Assembly: GCA_046290465.1 (NCBI GenBank)
Contig: JBKAGP010000001.1
Coordinates: forward strand, 2,976,001-3,040,000
DNA: 64,000 bases
Direction of reading: 5' to 3'
Source of the DNA: Planctomycetota bacterium
Lineage (GTDB): Bacteria; Planctomycetota; UBA1135; UBA2386
The translations under genes and the position numbers were made by a program. How positions within the stretch are numbered: position 1 is the first letter of the stretch; each line of letters begins with the position of its first letter. Shown one piece after another: positions 47,201-58,644 of the stretch. A model generated the notes under the pieces. The model had not been told where the DNA came from, made no database searches, and saw only the letters and a list, made by a program, of their open reading frames with translations.

Positions 47201-50200
47201 GTAGGATGCGAGCCGCTCGTAAAGCCGCGCCTCGTCATCGGAGATGCCGAGGTGGCGCATGCGCATGCGGGTCTGCGACACCGCGAGCGCGAAGGTGCGC
47301 GCCGGCGCCGTCGGGTCGGCATACTTCTCGGTCAGCACGATCGCTTCGGCGCGACTCGTGGCGATCCCCGTCGCGAAGGCCAGCCGCACCCGGGCTCCGG
47401 GCGCAATGCGCACGCGCCGCCGGAGGCTGAGCACCGGTTCGAGCACGGCGCCGACGGTCCCCGACAGGGCTCGGCCGTCGAGCGCCACAGGGCTCTCGTA
47501 GGTGCGGCCGCGGCCCACGAAGCGCATGCGGTCGGTCTCCCACTCGATCGCTCCGTGCACGCCGCTCTCGACGCTCATAACGTGCACCGCCCATACCTCC
47601 GGATCGTCCGGAGCGCGACGGCGCCGGCCGCACAGCAGCGCGCAGGAGCCATGCACATACTCCGTCTCCAGGAACAGCTTCTGGAACGTCGGGTGGGACA
47701 GGTCCTCGGCGAGCGGCGCGAGCACGATCTCGACCAGGCTCGTCACCTCGATCTCGCGCATGGTGTCCGAATGGTTGGTGAGCGAGATGCGACGCATCTC
47801 GACGTCGTCCTCCGCCGACACCGCGACTTCGAGCCGGGTCTCGATGCCTTCGTCGACGCGCTCGAACCTCGCCCCGTCGGCTTCGAACCACACCTCGTAT
47901 TGCTCCGGTTCGCGGCACAGCGGCTGGTAGGTGGCGGACCAGGTGCTGCCCAGGCGCACGTCGCGCAGGTAGACGAACTGGCTGCCGGGGTCGCAGGTGG
48001 CATCGGCGCGTTCCCGTGTCACCGACATCCCGCGCCACCTGCTGGTGCCGCCGCCGGCGTTGGTCACGACGCTGACGTAGCGACCGTTCGACAGGAAGTG
48101 GGCGCTCGGGTGTCCCGTATGCGGCGTCAGGAAGCGATGCGGCGACACTCCGGGCACGGCGGGTTGGGGCCGTGCGGGCTCCTCGGCGAGCGGCTGCATC
48201 GACGGCGCGAAGCGCGGCACCCGCTCCTGCAGCAGCGCTTCGGTGGCCTGCACGCGCCGGTCGCTGTGGAAGCGTCGCACCATCGGCGCTCCGAAAACCG
48301 CGTTGGCGAGCGCCAACATCAGCATGCCCTGGTGGTGCGCGAACCACGCGCGAACGCGCCGGGTTCGCGGGTCGTCGGGCGTGTGTCCGCGGCTCGCGAG
48401 TCCATGGTCGCGCGGCGTGTAGTCGAGGGCCTCGAAGAACCCGTAGGTGCCGACGGCGCCCTCGCGCGTGAGACTGCGCAGGTTCGCAGCGGCCGCCGTC
48501 GGGTCGACGAGCGCGGCGAGCGCGGTCGCATAGGGCGCCACGACGAGGTCCTCCGAGAGACCCCGCTTCATGCCGAGCCCCGGGACCCCGAACGCCTTGT
48601 AGCCGTAGTCGCCGCGCGGGCTGACGACGTCGTAGGCCGATTCGGAGATGCCCCACGGCACCCGGCGACCATTGCCGTAACGAACCTGGATACGCACGGC
48701 CTCTCGGCACGCATGCTCGAGGAGGGTCGCCGGTGTGCTGCGGAGCAACAGCTGCGGCATCAGATACTCGAACATCGAGCCGCTCCACGACAGCAGCGTC
48801 ATGCTGCCCCCAACGTAGACCAGGGCGCGCGACAAGCGGAACCAGTGCTCCTGCGGGACGTCTCCGCGGGCAATGGCGATGAAGCTCGCAAGCCGGGCCT
48901 CGGAGGCCAGCAGGTCGTAGTGGGATCCGTCGCACCCGCCCGGCCCGTGTTCGTCCGGAAGACGGAAGCCCGTGACGAAGACACGACGGTCCTCGTCGAA
49001 CAGGAACCTCCACTCCATGGCGTCGGCGAGCTCGGCGCTGCGCTGCGCGATCTCCCGCAGGCGGGCCCGCAGCGACTCGCGCCATCCGGCGTCGTCCGGC
49101 GCCCGTTCCAGCGAACGGAGCAGCAGCCCACCCCAGGTGCTGACCTCGTCGGCCAGCGCCTCGCGAGGCGCCAGGGCGGCGAGCTCGGCGAGCTTGGCGC
49201 GCAACGACGCGGTCCGATGTCGGGCGGCACCGCTGCGTTCGCCGTCGGGCTCGCCTGCAGGCGCGACATCGGGAGCGACGGAGGTCGGCATGACGAGCAA
49301 CCCGTCGAGCTCCTTGCGGACGGCCGCGCAGGCACCGCGCAGTGCCCCGCGATCGTCCGGCATTCCCGCCAGCGACTCCAGCATCTCGGCCAGAACACCA
49401 GCCGTGTCGACGACTCCGGCCTGCATCCGTGACTCGTGGTCGTCGCCCTCGGCCAGCTCCGAGAATCCCGCGGCGAGCGCCATCAGGCATCCGGCCAGAT
49501 TGCCGCTGTCCACCGTCGACACGTAGTGGGGCGGCAGGACCTGCAAGCTGTCGGTGTCGTACCAGTTCAACAGGTGACCGCGGTGCCGTTCGAGCCCTTC
49601 GACCGTGCCGAGGGTGCGGTCGACGCGCTCGACGAGCTCCTCCGTATCGAGGAACCCGTGGTCGTGCGCCGCGAGGGTCGCGAGCAACCCCATCCCAATG
49701 TTCGTCGGCGACGTGCGGCGGGCCACACGGAGCTCCTCCCCCTCCGCGACGTTGTCGGGTGGCAGCCAGTGGTGCTCGCCGGTGACGAACTCCTCGAAGA
49801 AGTGCCAGGTCCGGCGAGCGACACGCCGTAGCTGACGCTCGTCCTCGGCGTCGAGATGGCGACTCGGAGCGACTGCCGGCCGGCTCAACCACCAGGCCAC
49901 CAGCGGCGAACTCCCCCACGCGACGAGGAACGGCAGCGCCGCAGGCACGGCGCCCGTCCGCTGCCACAACACCGCGGCGAACACGCCCGCTGCCAACGCC
50001 GGGCCGCTCCACATCTGCGCGAAGAAGTCACCCGGGCCGCGGTCGGCGAAACGCCCGGCCGACCGGGCATCCGTCGAAGCGGCAGTCTCCCACTCGAGCA
50101 GCCGACGCCGCGTCACGCCCATGCGCACAAGCGTCACGCCGATGGCGTGCATCGTCGCCATCGCATGGTGTACGAGCAGCGTGGTCTGCAGCGCGATCTG

Positions 50201-52855
50201 GGCGGCGGCGAGTCGGCACTCGCTCGCCACGTCCTGTAGGAAGGCCCAACGCGGCTGCTGCGGCCGCGGCCCGGCGATCAGGTGCGCCAGCGGCGGAAAC
50301 AGCGGGAACCCGAGCAACGTCAGCGCTACCAGCGTCCAGGCGAGCGCGCTCCCCGGCAGCACGGTCCACGAAAGGATCAGCAGCGCGAGCAGACTCGGCG
50401 CGACCAGGCTGCGCCGCAGGTTGTCGAAGATCTTCCAGCGGCTGATCAGAGGCAGCACGCTGCGACGCCGGCCAGTAGCCGTGGACACCAGCGGCAGCAT
50501 TGCCGCCAGGATCTGCCAATCCCCTCGCACCCAGCGGTTGTGGCGGCGCGCGTGGGCGAGCACGCTCGACGGGAAGTCGTCGACGAGCTCGATGTCGGAG
50601 ACCAGGGCACAGCGCGCAAACAGGCCCTCGTACAGATCGTGCGAGAGCATGGTGTTCTCGCGGACCCGGCCGTCGAGCGACGCGCGGAAGCTGTCGACGT
50701 CGTAGAGCCCTTTGCCGATGTAGCTGCCCTCGGCGAACAGGTCCTGGTAGGTGTCCGAGACCGTCGTGCTGTAGATATCGACCCCGGTGTGTCCGGCGTA
50801 GGCGCGGGCGAACAGCGACCCGGTCGCACTCGCCATCGTCACGCTGATTCGCGGCTGCAAGACACCGTAGCCCTCGACGACGCGCTGCTCTGCCGCGTCG
50901 AACCGTGGTCGGTTGAGCGGATGCTCGATGACGCCGATGAGCCGCCGAGCCGCGTCACGCGGCAGTCGCGTATCGCTGTCGAGGGTGATGCAGTAGCGGA
51001 CGCGGAGCAGGATCGACGGGTCGCCCACCTGCACGACGAAACCCGTGTCCTCGGCGCCGCGCAGCAGCCGGTTGAACTCGTCGATCTTGCCGCGCTTGCG
51101 TTCCCAGCCCATCCAGGCGCCTTCGCCGTCGTTCCAGCGCCGGTCCCGGTGAAACAGGAAAAAGCGGTCTCCGGCCACGCCGTTGTGGCGCGCGTTCAGC
51201 GCCGCGATCGCGGCGGTCGCCGCAGCGAGCACCGGGGCGTCCCCTGGCATCGTCGCCTGCGCGGCATCCGGGAAGTCGGTCAGGAGCGCGAAGTGCACGT
51301 GCGGGTCGAGGTTTCCGAGCGCGTGGATCTCGAGACGTTCTGCCAGCTGGCGCGCGCCGGCCGCCGAGGTCAGCATCGACGGCACGATGACCATGGTCCG
51401 TGCCCGTTCCGGAACGCCCGCGCGAAGATCGAGCCGCGGCAGCGGAACTGGTGCGACGAGTCGATGTACGAGGTGTTGCAGCAGCAACGTCGCCAACTCG
51501 CTCGCCGGCACGAGCGCGAACGACGCCGCCAGCAGGGCCAGAGCCAACGGACCGCCGGCGGCCCCCGTCAGCAGCATCGCCCCACCGAGTCCGGCCGCCG
51601 TCAGCACCGCCAGCGCTCCGAGGTAGAGCCCGGTCGCGTGGTCGAAGGCGAAACGATTCAGCCGTTGCCGCCACCGTGGGCGGTGGTCCACGTTGCGCTC
51701 GAACTCGCGGCGTCCGGGGCCGATCAGGTGGTAGCCCACGTGCGCTGTGCGCGCCTGCACGCCGGCGACCTCGCTGGCCTGCCTCGCGCTTTCGACGGCC
51801 CGTAGCGCCACCCGAACCTGGGCCTCGCCGGTGCGGTCCGCCAGCTCTTCCACGGCGCGGCGGTAACGATCCCGCGTCGAGAACTCCATGCGGCCGTAGT
51901 CGCTGGACGGATCGCGCCGCAGGACCTCCTCGATCTTGCTCATCCCCTCGATCTGTTCGCTCCAGTCGAGCGTCACGCAGAGCCGCAGGCTCGTGATCGA
52001 GTTTCCAATCGACAGCAGGTTCATGGCCTGCCGCTGGTGCTGGGCGCGCACCGCCTCCTCGACCGTCACGCCCGCCGCGCCAAGGTGCTCCTCGAGCTGC
52101 TTGCGCAACGCGGCAGCGCCGTGGCCGTGTTCTCGCATCCGCTGCAGCAGTCGATCGGCGAACGCAACGTGGAACGAACCCGGCAGCGGCGGTGGCAACC
52201 CCGCGCCCCGCTCGAACGCCTCCAGGTGGCGATCCGCTGCCAGGTGGCCGGCGCGACTCTCGACGAGCTCATCGACGAGCCGACGCAGGTGGGTGATCAG
52301 GGCCATCTTGAGCATGCACGGCCACGCCCACAGCTCGCCGATGGTTAGCGGTGCGACCGACTGGTAGGCGAGTACGAACCGGCCGATCCGGTGTTCGTCG
52401 AGCCTGGCGTCGCTGCAGCGCAGTAACTCGGTGGCCATCGCGTAGACGCGCGCCGTACCCGCCAGCTCTCGGGCGGCGAGCTTCGGCAGCTCGCGATAGA
52501 AGCGCGCAGGCAGATCTCGCCGGACCTCGCGGATCACGCTCGTCACCAGGTGGAAATTGTCGAGCAACCACTCCGCAGCGCCTGACGAGGCGCCCTGGTG
52601 CGCGTCCTCCGCGAAGGTGTGATGGCCGCGACGCAACGCTCGCTCGTCGACGGCGAGACATCGCAGCAGCTTGCGAGGACTCCGCCGCGATCGCGACAGC
52701 CTGTGCGCAGCAGCCATCAACCGGGCCCGCTCCTCCAGCTGCTCGACGCCGATCAGCTCCCCCCGCAAGGGGCTCGAGTCGAGTCCTATCAGTCGTCGGC
52801 AGGCCCCCTCTCGAGAACCGGCAGGCTTCGAATCATCCAGGTGGCTTGGGATCAA
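44207..52855 (-). CDS. ndvB: Cyclic beta-1,2-glucan synthase (Cgs/NdvB/ChvB type: GT84 plus C-terminal GH94 phosphorylase)
   Basis: 2882 aa; [79 protein letters not shown]. Confidence 0.92.
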   Translation of the reverse strand: MIPSHLDDSKPAGSREGACRRLIGLDSSPLRGELIGVEQLEERARLMAAAHRLSRSRRSPRKLLRCLAVDERALRRGHHTFAEDAHQGASSGAAEWLLDNFHLVTSVIREVRRDLPARFYRELPKLAARELAGTARVYAMATELLRCSDARLDEHRIGRFVLAYQSVAPLTIGELWAWPCMLKMALITHLRRLVDELVESRAGHLAADRHLEAFERGAGLPPPLPGSFHVAFADRLLQRMREHGHGAAALRKQLEEHLGAAGVTVEEAVRAQHQRQAMNLLSIGNSITSLRLCVTLDWSEQIEGMSKIEEVLRRDPSSDYGRMEFSTRDRYRRAVEELADRTGEAQVRVALRAVESARQASEVAGVQARTAHVGYHLIGPGRREFERNVDHRPRWRQRLNRFAFDHATGLYLGALAVLTAAGLGGAMLLTGAAGGPLALALLAASFALVPASELATLLLQHLVHRLVAPVPLPRLDLRAGVPERARTMVIVPSMLTSAAGARQLAERLEIHALGNLDPHVHFALLTDFPDAAQATMPGDAPVLAAATAAIAALNARHNGVAGDRFFLFHRDRRWNDGEGAWMGWERKRGKIDEFNRLLRGAEDTGFVVQVGDPSILLRVRYCITLDSDTRLPRDAARRLIGVIEHPLNRPRFDAAEQRVVEGYGVLQPRISVTMASATGSLFARAYAGHTGVDIYSTTVSDTYQDLFAEGSYIGKGLYDVDSFRASLDGRVRENTMLSHDLYEGLFARCALVSDIELVDDFPSSVLAHARRHNRWVRGDWQILAAMLPLVSTATGRRRSVLPLISRWKIFDNLRRSLVAPSLLALLILSWTVLPGSALAWTLVALTLLGFPLFPPLAHLIAGPRPQQPRWAFLQDVASECRLAAAQIALQTTLLVHHAMATMHAIGVTLVRMGVTRRRLLEWETAASTDARSAGRFADRGPGDFFAQMWSGPALAAGVFAAVLWQRTGAVPAALPFLVAWGSSPLVAWWLSRPAVAPSRHLDAEDERQLRRVARRTWHFFEEFVTGEHHWLPPDNVAEGEELRVARRTSPTNIGMGLLATLAAHDHGFLDTEELVERVDRTLGTVEGLERHRGHLLNWYDTDSLQVLPPHYVSTVDSGNLAGCLMALAAGFSELAEGDDHESRMQAGVVDTAGVLAEMLESLAGMPDDRGALRGACAAVRKELDGLLVMPTSVAPDVAPAGEPDGERSGAARHRTASLRAKLAELAALAPREALADEVSTWGGLLLRSLERAPDDAGWRESLRARLREIAQRSAELADAMEWRFLFDEDRRVFVTGFRLPDEHGPGGCDGSHYDLLASEARLASFIAIARGDVPQEHWFRLSRALVYVGGSMTLLSWSGSMFEYLMPQLLLRSTPATLLEHACREAVRIQVRYGNGRRVPWGISESAYDVVSPRGDYGYKAFGVPGLGMKRGLSEDLVVAPYATALAALVDPTAAAANLRSLTREGAVGTYGFFEALDYTPRDHGLASRGHTPDDPRTRRVRAWFAHHQGMLMLALANAVFGAPMVRRFHSDRRVQATEALLQERVPRFAPSMQPLAEEPARPQPAVPGVSPHRFLTPHTGHPSAHFLSNGRYVSVVTNAGGGTSRWRGMSVTRERADATCDPGSQFVYLRDVRLGSTWSATYQPLCREPEQYEVWFEADGARFERVDEGIETRLEVAVSAEDDVEMRRISLTNHSDTMREIEVTSLVEIVLAPLAEDLSHPTFQKLFLETEYVHGSCALLCGRRRRAPDDPEVWAVHVMSVESGVHGAIEWETDRMRFVGRGRTYESPVALDGRALSGTVGAVLEPVLSLRRRVRIAPGARVRLAFATGIATSRAEAIVLTEKYADPTAPARTFALAVSQTRMRMRHLGISDDEARLYERLASYVFWADASLRARPEAFADNTLGQSGLWQHGISGDLPILLVRVVRSEDDGLVRQVLSAQELWRLMGLTVDVVVLNEHPSSYLDEVHARLGDLLEIGPWAAWRQRAGGVFLLRGDGMSDSARTLLMVSARAVLDGARGALAEQLIVLDPVPSWPVDFVPRPTPALADAAAAVPGPAVPELTHQNGLGGFTVDGREYVVVLEGDADTPLPWVNVLANEGFGSVVGATGAMWTWAGNSRENRLTPFGNDPVGEWSGEAVYLRDEDSGYAFGATPGPLPRTAASGRWITRHGAGVTRYTHHDRGIGCEMSVFVHADEPVKFTLLALTNHSAVARRVSVFSYVEWALCPPRAGENAFVVTERDAERGTVMARNAYNVDFHGRVAFAHASVRPASASGDRLEFLGRNGSLRRPAALRRESLSGSFGAGLDPCAALQIRLDLEPGETRDVVVLLGQGDDRDHALKLAERFGSVEAAGRALAEVEARWDELLGAVQVRTPDDSFDLMMNRFLLYQTVSSRLWGRTGFHQPGGAYGFRDQLQDVMALGTARPDLYRAHLLRCASRQFVEGDVQHWWHGHTGRGIRSRCSDDRLWLPFAVAHYVACTGDLAVLVEQIPFLIGPPLQPGEQEAYGEPAVAEEHGSLYEHCARAVDASLAVGSHGLPLIGCGDWNDGMNRVGQRGRGESVWLGWFLACILRDFAAIAAERGDRPRAERWRAEREHLVAMLEQAWDGEWYRRAYFDDGTPLGSAQSRECRIDAISQSWAVLSGAASPLRAARAINSVRMHLVRREAGLVQLLDPPFDASVPDPGYIQGYLPGIRENGGQYTHAALWTVMAIAELGNGDEAVELFHMLNPVNHARTAVGVERYRVEPYVLAADVYTHPAHLGRGGWTWYTGSAAWMYRLGLESILGLVRHGEHLSITPRIPGSWRGFSATWRHGRSTYEIEVDNPDRVAAGIVEARLDGATVDPGVIPLVDDGRTRCLRVVILAEHAGDAGRVDRGGGASERE

Positions 52856-53001
52856 TGAACGCTACCGCGGCGGCTTGATTACGGTCGAGGACGCGCCGAA
52901 TGCGCCCTCGACCGGGCGGCACAGGGCTCGACACGATCTGGGCAACAGCGAGCCCCACTGCTCGCCGCCTCGGGAAGCGACGACGATGGAGACCATTCCG
53001 T

Positions 53002-53556
53002 TCACGGCTTGACTCCCACAGCGGAGCTGCTCTGCGGCTCGACGGCCCGCGCCGGGACGGGGGGCTTCACCGTCCCATCGACCGGCTCTACGGGGACCGA
53101 GCTGCGGGGCCGGCCGATTGCGGCGAGCGTCCGCACCAGCCGCACCGCGTCGCTAGGCTTAGTACCGAGCGAGCCGCCGTCATCGACCCACCGCAGCAGG
53201 TCGTTGCAACACAGCATCCCCAGCAGCTGTCCATCAGGATCGACGACCGGCAGGCGATGCACGCCCCGGGAACGCATCAACATCTCCGCCGCCAGCAGAG
53301 AGTCGTCCGGCCCGATACCTGAGACGTCCTTGGCCATGCTGTCGCCGACATTCAGGTCCGCCAGCGGCTTTCCGGTCACGAAGGCCGCCATGCAGATGTC
53401 CCGATCCGTGATCATGCCCCGCACGTGGTTGCCCTCGTCGACCACCGGCATGCTGCCACAGTCCTTCTGCCACAGCCGACTGGCAGCATGCGCCAGGTTG
53501 TCGGTCACCAGGCAACACGCGGTGTCCGTCGTCATTCGTTCTGCAGTTCGCATCAT
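53002..53556 (-). CDS. CBS-domain protein
   Basis: DCGSMPVVD...GMITDRDI, VHRLPVVD; GAGG RBS before ATG 53556. Confidence 0.88.
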   Translation of the reverse strand: MMRTAERMTTDTACCLVTDNLAHAASRLWQKDCGSMPVVDEGNHVRGMITDRDICMAAFVTGKPLADLNVGDSMAKDVSGIGPDDSLLAAEMLMRSRGVHRLPVVDPDGQLLGMLCCNDLLRWVDDGGSLGTKPSDAVRLVRTLAAIGRPRSSVPVEPVDGTVKPPVPARAVEPQSSSAVGVKP

Positions 53557-54074
53557 CGTTCCTCGAATGGACCTGGATCCCCTGGTCGTTCGTCGACGCA
53601 GGCGAGGGGCAGCGCGGAAATCACACTGCGTGTCGCTCGTTCGCTGCGGCACCGGTCCATGGAGAGCGCCACCGCGGAGACAATGCGGGGCCGCCTGCCC
53701 CCAGGACCGTCACGAACTCTCGTAGAGAGGCTCGCTGATCGCCGTGGACCAGACGCTTCGCATGCTCAGGACGTCACTGATACGGCCCCGGCCTGAGTCG
53801 TGCATGAACTACGAATGAGGAGCACTTCACCTCATCAAGTGCACCGACTCCGGCCCGACTCCGGCCTACGACTGCTCGTGTGACGACTGCGCCTCACCGC
53901 AGTGATCGCATGATCCCCTTCTCCTGCGCAGTTCAGTCGGCCTTCACGACCACCGACTAATCACGCGTCCGAAAGAGGGTGACGTGAGAGGGCCATTCCG
54001 GCTGTCTACGACCATCACTCATCATCGCGGGCGATAGGGCGCTGCCCATCTTCCGCTTCACAAGGAAACTGTTC

Positions 54075-54794
54075 ATGCTCCATTACAAGATCGCACTCAC
54101 GGCGGTGACGCTATTCCCCTCGCTCGCACTCCAGGCCCAGCGCGCGGTGGGGTCCGAGGCTCCCGTGACGCAGATCACCGAACGCGAGGCCGTGAGCGCT
54201 CGCGACGCTGACCCGTTGCTCGCCAGCTGGCTCGCCGCGGGATGCGACACCGAGGTCGCGATTGCGCGCCTCGCCCTTCGCAAGTCGCAGAGCGGCGAAG
54301 TCAAGAAGTTCGCCCAGATGATGCTGGACGACCATGCCAGGCTATCGACCGACCTGAAGAAGATCGCCGTCGTCGACGGGCCGCACGACAGCGCCAAGCC
54401 TGTCACCGGCCAAGGCAAGGAAGATGTCAAGCGGCCCATTCGCGACACCGCCGAAGCCAGCAGCAAGCGTGTGCCCGCGACCGAAGGCGGTTTCGACCAC
54501 ATCGCGCTCATCCGCGACCTGAACGATCGGTGCCGCGCGGCCCAGATCGAGATGCTCGAGGCGCTGTCGACGGACAAGTTCGATCATGGGTTCATGTCCG
54601 CACAGGTCGCCGCACACACGCAGGCCATCATCATGACCGAGGTATTCCGCGACCACGCTTCCGACGGTCTGCGCCCGACACTGGAGCGGGCCGGCAAGGC
54701 GCTGCGCGATCACCTGGAACAGGCCAAAACCCTCTGCAAGAGGATCGAGGTCGCGGCCGCAGACGGCGAGCCGTCTCGTGGCAGCCGGAAGTAG
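54075..54794 (+). CDS. DUF4142-like exported protein
   Basis: Signal peptide; EVAIARLALRKSQSGEVKKFAQMMLDDH, FDHGFMSAQVAAH, HLEQAK; AAGGA RBS. Confidence 0.82.
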   Translation: MLHYKIALTAVTLFPSLALQAQRAVGSEAPVTQITEREAVSARDADPLLASWLAAGCDTEVAIARLALRKSQSGEVKKFAQMMLDDHARLSTDLKKIAVVDGPHDSAKPVTGQGKEDVKRPIRDTAEASSKRVPATEGGFDHIALIRDLNDRCRAAQIEMLEALSTDKFDHGFMSAQVAAHTQAIIMTEVFRDHASDGLRPTLERAGKALRDHLEQAKTLCKRIEVAAADGEPSRGSRK

Positions 54795-55066
54795 CTAGCT
54801 ACGGACACCGGCTCTCCGCTCGCCCGAGCGCCTCTTGGGCCTGAGTTGGCCACGAGGAGTCCACTTCGTCGATCGCCCACCGAGCCCCGATCGGTCTGGC
54901 CCCTGACGTGCTCCAAGGTTGGGCGATGTCGAGACGCAAGAGACCGCCAGCTCCCGCGGATGCCGCTCCGGGCCGCAAAGAGCAGACGAAGCGACGGCCT
55001 CTCACCTCCTGTCAGCTCCGCGACCCGTGCAGGAGCGAACACCTCCATTCCAGAAGCATGCCTACC

Positions 55067-55279
55067 ATGCCCAGATCCTGGCCCCAGATCGTCATCGCAC
55101 TCGAACAGGTGGCCGCTTCAGCCGCCGTCGTGCGACCCGGCTTGTACCGACGCGTCCTGCAACGCCTGTTCACCGAGGGCCTGCTGCCAGCAGGTCACGT
55201 CATGGTGATGCCTAATGACGACGTCGAACGCGGCCATGCGGCGCCCCCCGCCGCAGCACCCGAAGATGCGCTACCGTAG
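55067..55279 (+). CDS. Small hypothetical protein
   Basis: Short ORF with plausible codon usage; no recognised motif. Confidence 0.3.
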   Translation: MPRSWPQIVIALEQVAASAAVVRPGLYRRVLQRLFTEGLLPAGHVMVMPNDDVERGHAAPPAAAPEDALP

Positions 55280-55327
55280 TCGCCCGTTCGCCCGACCGGG
55301 ACCGGCTCCGTTCAAGGCGTGTCGTCC

Positions 55328-55723
55328 ATGGCCGCCCCGTCCTTCGGCGCGACGACCTGTCTCGGGGGCCGTGGCCGTTCGGCCCCGCGACTCTGATCTG
55401 CGATGGGAAGCGAGCCGCCTGGCTGCCCGAGACCGGTCGACTCGTCGGGCTCCTGAGCGAACGCGACCTCGTTCGGCGAGTGCTCATCGAGGACTTCGAC
55501 ATCGACGCCACACGCGTGTCCGAGGTCATGACCAGACAACTCGTCATCGGACGCCCGAATGACCGAAGCAGCGACGCCGCGCGGCTGATGCACCTCCATC
55601 ACATCAGGCACCTGCCCCGTCGTCGACGAGCACAACGGCTTCATCGGCATGGTTTCTATACGCGATCTTCTTCGCAGCAAGATCCAAGATCTTCACGACT
55701 ACATGAGGCAGTCCGGCGAATGA
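55328..55723 (+). pseudogene. Frameshifted CBS-domain gene, paralogous to 56741-57157
   Basis: GRLVGLLSERDLVRRVL...HIRHLP, then an extra C at 55615-18, then VVDEHNGFIGMVSIRDLL...TGA 55723; the 5' part is in further shifted frames and the start is uncertain. Confidence 0.75.
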
Positions 55724-55873
55724 CGATGACCGCCGCGATCGCGGCAGGTCAGGTCCGAGCCTGACTCCGACCCAGAAGACCGGGTGCTTCGCGGCGACCG
55801 CCACGGACACGCCGTCAACAGGGACTCGTCCGCCGATCGCCGGATCGGGGCGTCGCCCGCGACCTCATCCGGC

Positions 55874-56152
55874 TCAGGACTGGCCCACCGAACTCGCATC
55901 GTCGTCGGCCCGGAGGTGCCGCAGTGCGAGCGCCATCTGTGACTCATGCAACTTCTCGGTTGGCACGACAGCGTTCACGATGTTGACCTGCTGTGATCGT
56001 GCGTAGCCCGCCTCGAGCGACGCCGGGTACGATTCGATGAGCCTGTCGCTTGCGTGGAGCGCGCCGAGCAGGTCACGCGTCTTGTAGTGAATCGAGTGGG
56101 CCTTCGAGTAATGCTCACGGGCATCGTCGACGCGGTCGTGGTTGTCGTTCAT
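55874..56152 (-). CDS. Small hypothetical protein (92 aa)
   Basis: GAGGTG RBS before ATG; natural-looking helical sequence (YSKAHSIHY...YPASLEAGYARSQ). Confidence 0.6.
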   Translation of the reverse strand: MNDNHDRVDDAREHYSKAHSIHYKTRDLLGALHASDRLIESYPASLEAGYARSQQVNIVNAVVPTEKLHESQMALALRHLRADDDASSVGQS

Positions 56153-56740
56153 GTTGTCACCTCGTATGGAGAAGCGGGCTGGGGGCGAGGAGCGGCCAGC
56201 ACCGTCAGCACGCGCACATCGCTCGCGCCGATCGGGTCCCGGCAACGCCCGACCGCTGAGATCACCACGTCGCTGAAGTAGACCAGCTCGCGCGCAGTTG
56301 TCTCGCCGTCGGCCAACCGGCACGTTTGCAGTAGAGAGTTCTCGACCAGATCCGACAGGTGTCGGACCTCGATGCGAGGTAGTGCTAACCACCCCGTACC
56401 GTGCGCGCGAGCGCCTGCTCACCTCATTCCCGACCGCCCTCGCCGTCGACCTCGCGCCAACTCGAAGCCGCGCTGCCCAACTCCCAAGCCATCGCTTCGT
56501 CGAGAATTTACTTTGTGCAGCGGCTGGATCCCTCCGTCGCCGCGACCCATGTGAGTAGATCCGAGCCTGGATGCATGCGGCCCGAAGAGGCCGCCCCTGC
56601 GAGCATCCGGCGCTGCGGGGATCCGGCAGCGTGCCTTCCATGGACACGGCGGCCGAGGAGTCGCGACGCTCATCTCGCGCGCACCGCGATACACGGTTGC
56701 TCCGATGTGACCCTCGGCGTCCACATGGAATCCGGAGCAA

Positions 56741-57157
56741 GTGACCCTACTCAAAGAACTGATCACGAGGCTGCCAAAGTTCGTATCGGTGGCGCCGACG
56801 GACTCGGTGCGTACTGCCGCGAAAGTCATGACCGACACCAACAGGAACGCGGTGGTCATCATCGATGGCCAGGACATGGTCGGGATCGTCACTGAGCGAG
56901 ACCTAGTAAGGCGGGTGCTCCTCGGGGGCCGGGACGTGGACCAGGTGACGGCCGCAGAGATCATGACCGAGGATCTCGTGGTCGCCCGACAAGACTCGAG
57001 TGTCGGGGCGGCGATCGTGCTGATGCGACGACACCACATCCAGCATGTTCCGGTGGTCGGCCACCACGGCACGCTGCTGGCCGTGCTCGCGCTCCGGGAC
57101 CTGATCAGTGAGGAAGTGCACGAGATGCGGGACTACCTGGCCCTCGGAGACGGCTGA
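56741..57157 (+). CDS. CBS-domain protein
   Basis: GGAG RBS; VGIVTERDLVRRV, HIQHVPVV, LRDLI. Confidence 0.9.
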   Translation: MTLLKELITRLPKFVSVAPTDSVRTAAKVMTDTNRNAVVIIDGQDMVGIVTERDLVRRVLLGGRDVDQVTAAEIMTEDLVVARQDSSVGAAIVLMRRHHIQHVPVVGHHGTLLAVLALRDLISEEVHEMRDYLALGDG

Positions 57158-57312
57158 TTCCCCTCGGTCGCGTGCGTACGTCGCTTGCGCGGAGCGACAT
57201 CCGCGCACCCGTGACTCCGGCGGCGCTAACGGCTTCATGCGGGCATCACGTGCCTTTGGCATCCTCCCCCTCGGCTGCAGGCTTGCTGTCACGACAACCA
57301 AGCGAACCCCCG

Positions 57313-57474
57313 ATGCTCCACACGACGCTACACATCCTCTCCCTCACGCTGGTCACCGGACTCGTTGCGTTCTACGGGGCGAGCCCCAACATCGCACTGC
57401 CGGGGCAACTGTTCCTCAGTGGCCTGCTGCTGCTCGGCCTCGATCTGCTGGACAGACGACGGAGGCGGGCATGA
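57313..57474 (+). CDS. Small two-TM membrane protein
   Basis: Two hydrophobic segments and a basic tail; ATGA overlap with the next ORF. Confidence 0.45.
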   Translation: MLHTTLHILSLTLVTGLVAFYGASPNIALPGQLFLSGLLLLGLDLLDRRRRRA

Positions 57475-57758
57475 GCATCGATCCCACCGGTGGCGGCCAG
57501 CCGTGCAGCGGCGAGAACACCGCGCCGGCATGGCCGGACGCCTGCATTCGCCGGCAGGCCATCGCCATACGCGATGCGCTGCGCCACCGCCGACAGGCCC
57601 GCGACCTCTGCCTCCAGCAGCGTCTCTACGACGAGCACTGTCTGTTCGGTCCGGCGCGGGAAGCTCGTGATGGCGTGATGCAGTCGCTGCGCGCTACGAG
57701 CCTCTGCTGGCGGCTCGCACTCGGGCTCGATGCCAGCGGCGGTGATCGTGGCTCGTAG
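57471..57758 (+). CDS. Hypothetical protein
   Basis: GGAGG RBS and ATGA coupling; no recognised motif. Confidence 0.35.
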   Translation: MSIDPTGGGQPCSGENTAPAWPDACIRRQAIAIRDALRHRRQARDLCLQQRLYDEHCLFGPAREARDGVMQSLRATSLCWRLALGLDASGGDRGS

Positions 57759-57942
57759 CCCATCGGCGCCCGTACCACCGGCTGCCGCTCGAGGCCGGAC
57801 TTCCGGTCACGAACGGCGGCCCTCGTCGCGGCCAGGATCTGCGTCGGCGTCGTCGAGCGTCGAGGCGGTTCCGTCGCGGATCACGCGGTCGCCGGGCAGC
57901 CCACGGTCACCAAACGCGAGAGTCGTAGGTCGGGAGGAGACG

Positions 57943-58644
57943 ATGCGCATTCTGATCATCGAAGACAACGAGAAGCTGTCCAGCAGCATCAAGGTCTGCC
58001 TCGAACAGCACGGCTACTGCATCAACGTCGCGAAGGACGTGGCGGAAGGTGAGGAGATCGCCTGCATCGAACACCACGACGCGATCATCGTCGACGTCAA
58101 GCTCCCCGACGGCGACGGAGTCGATCTCTGCCGGCGGCTGCGTGAGCAGAAGGTCAGCTCCCCGATCCTGATCCTGTCGGTGCTCGCAACGACCGCCGAC
58201 AAAGTGCGCGGTCTCGACGCAGGCGCCGATGACTACCTCACCAAGCCGTTCCAGACCGAAGAGCTGCTCGCGCGCCTACGCAGTCTGCTGCGGCGTTCGC
58301 AGGCGATCCCGGGCGGCATCCTGCAGTCCGGCGATCTGCAGCTCAACCTGATCGAGCGCAAGGTCTACATCGCCGACGTGGAAGTGCGCATGTCCAACAA
58401 GGAGATCGCGCTGCTGGAATACCTCATGCGCAACCCGCGAAAGCTGCTGTCGAGGACGATGATCAGCGAAAGCGTCTGGGACATGAACTACGAGCCGAGC
58501 AGCAACGTGATCGACGTCTACGTCTCGAGCCTACGCCGGAAGATCGACACCGGCGCCGTGCAGCGCATCGAGACGGTCATCGGCAGCGGCTACCGGTTCC
58601 TGGATTGTCCCGAACCCCGTGGCTCGGTGGCGCCCGTGTCGTGA
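57943..58644 (+). CDS. OmpR-family response regulator
   Basis: MRILIIEDN, DVKLPDGDG, GADDYLTKPF, SNVIDVYVSSLRRKID, GSGYRF; GGAGGAG RBS. Confidence 0.95.
   Translation: MRILIIEDNEKLSSSIKVCLEQHGYCINVAKDVAEGEEIACIEHHDAIIVDVKLPDGDGVDLCRRLREQKVSSPILILSVLATTADKVRGLDAGADDYLTKPFQTEELLARLRSLLRRSQAIPGGILQSGDLQLNLIERKVYIADVEVRMSNKEIALLEYLMRNPRKLLSRTMISESVWDMNYEPSSNVIDVYVSSLRRKIDTGAVQRIETVIGSGYRFLDCPEPRGSVAPVS

Noticed and set aside
44147..51805. Long plus-strand ORFs (684, 1066 and 507 aa) and a 925-aa alternative minus-frame ORF
   Set aside because: Shadow ORFs of the GC-rich glucan synthase gene; Arg/Ala/Gly-biased with no motifs
53844..53866. CCGACTCCGGC direct repeat (two copies)
   Set aside because: Too short and isolated to support any function in GC-rich DNA
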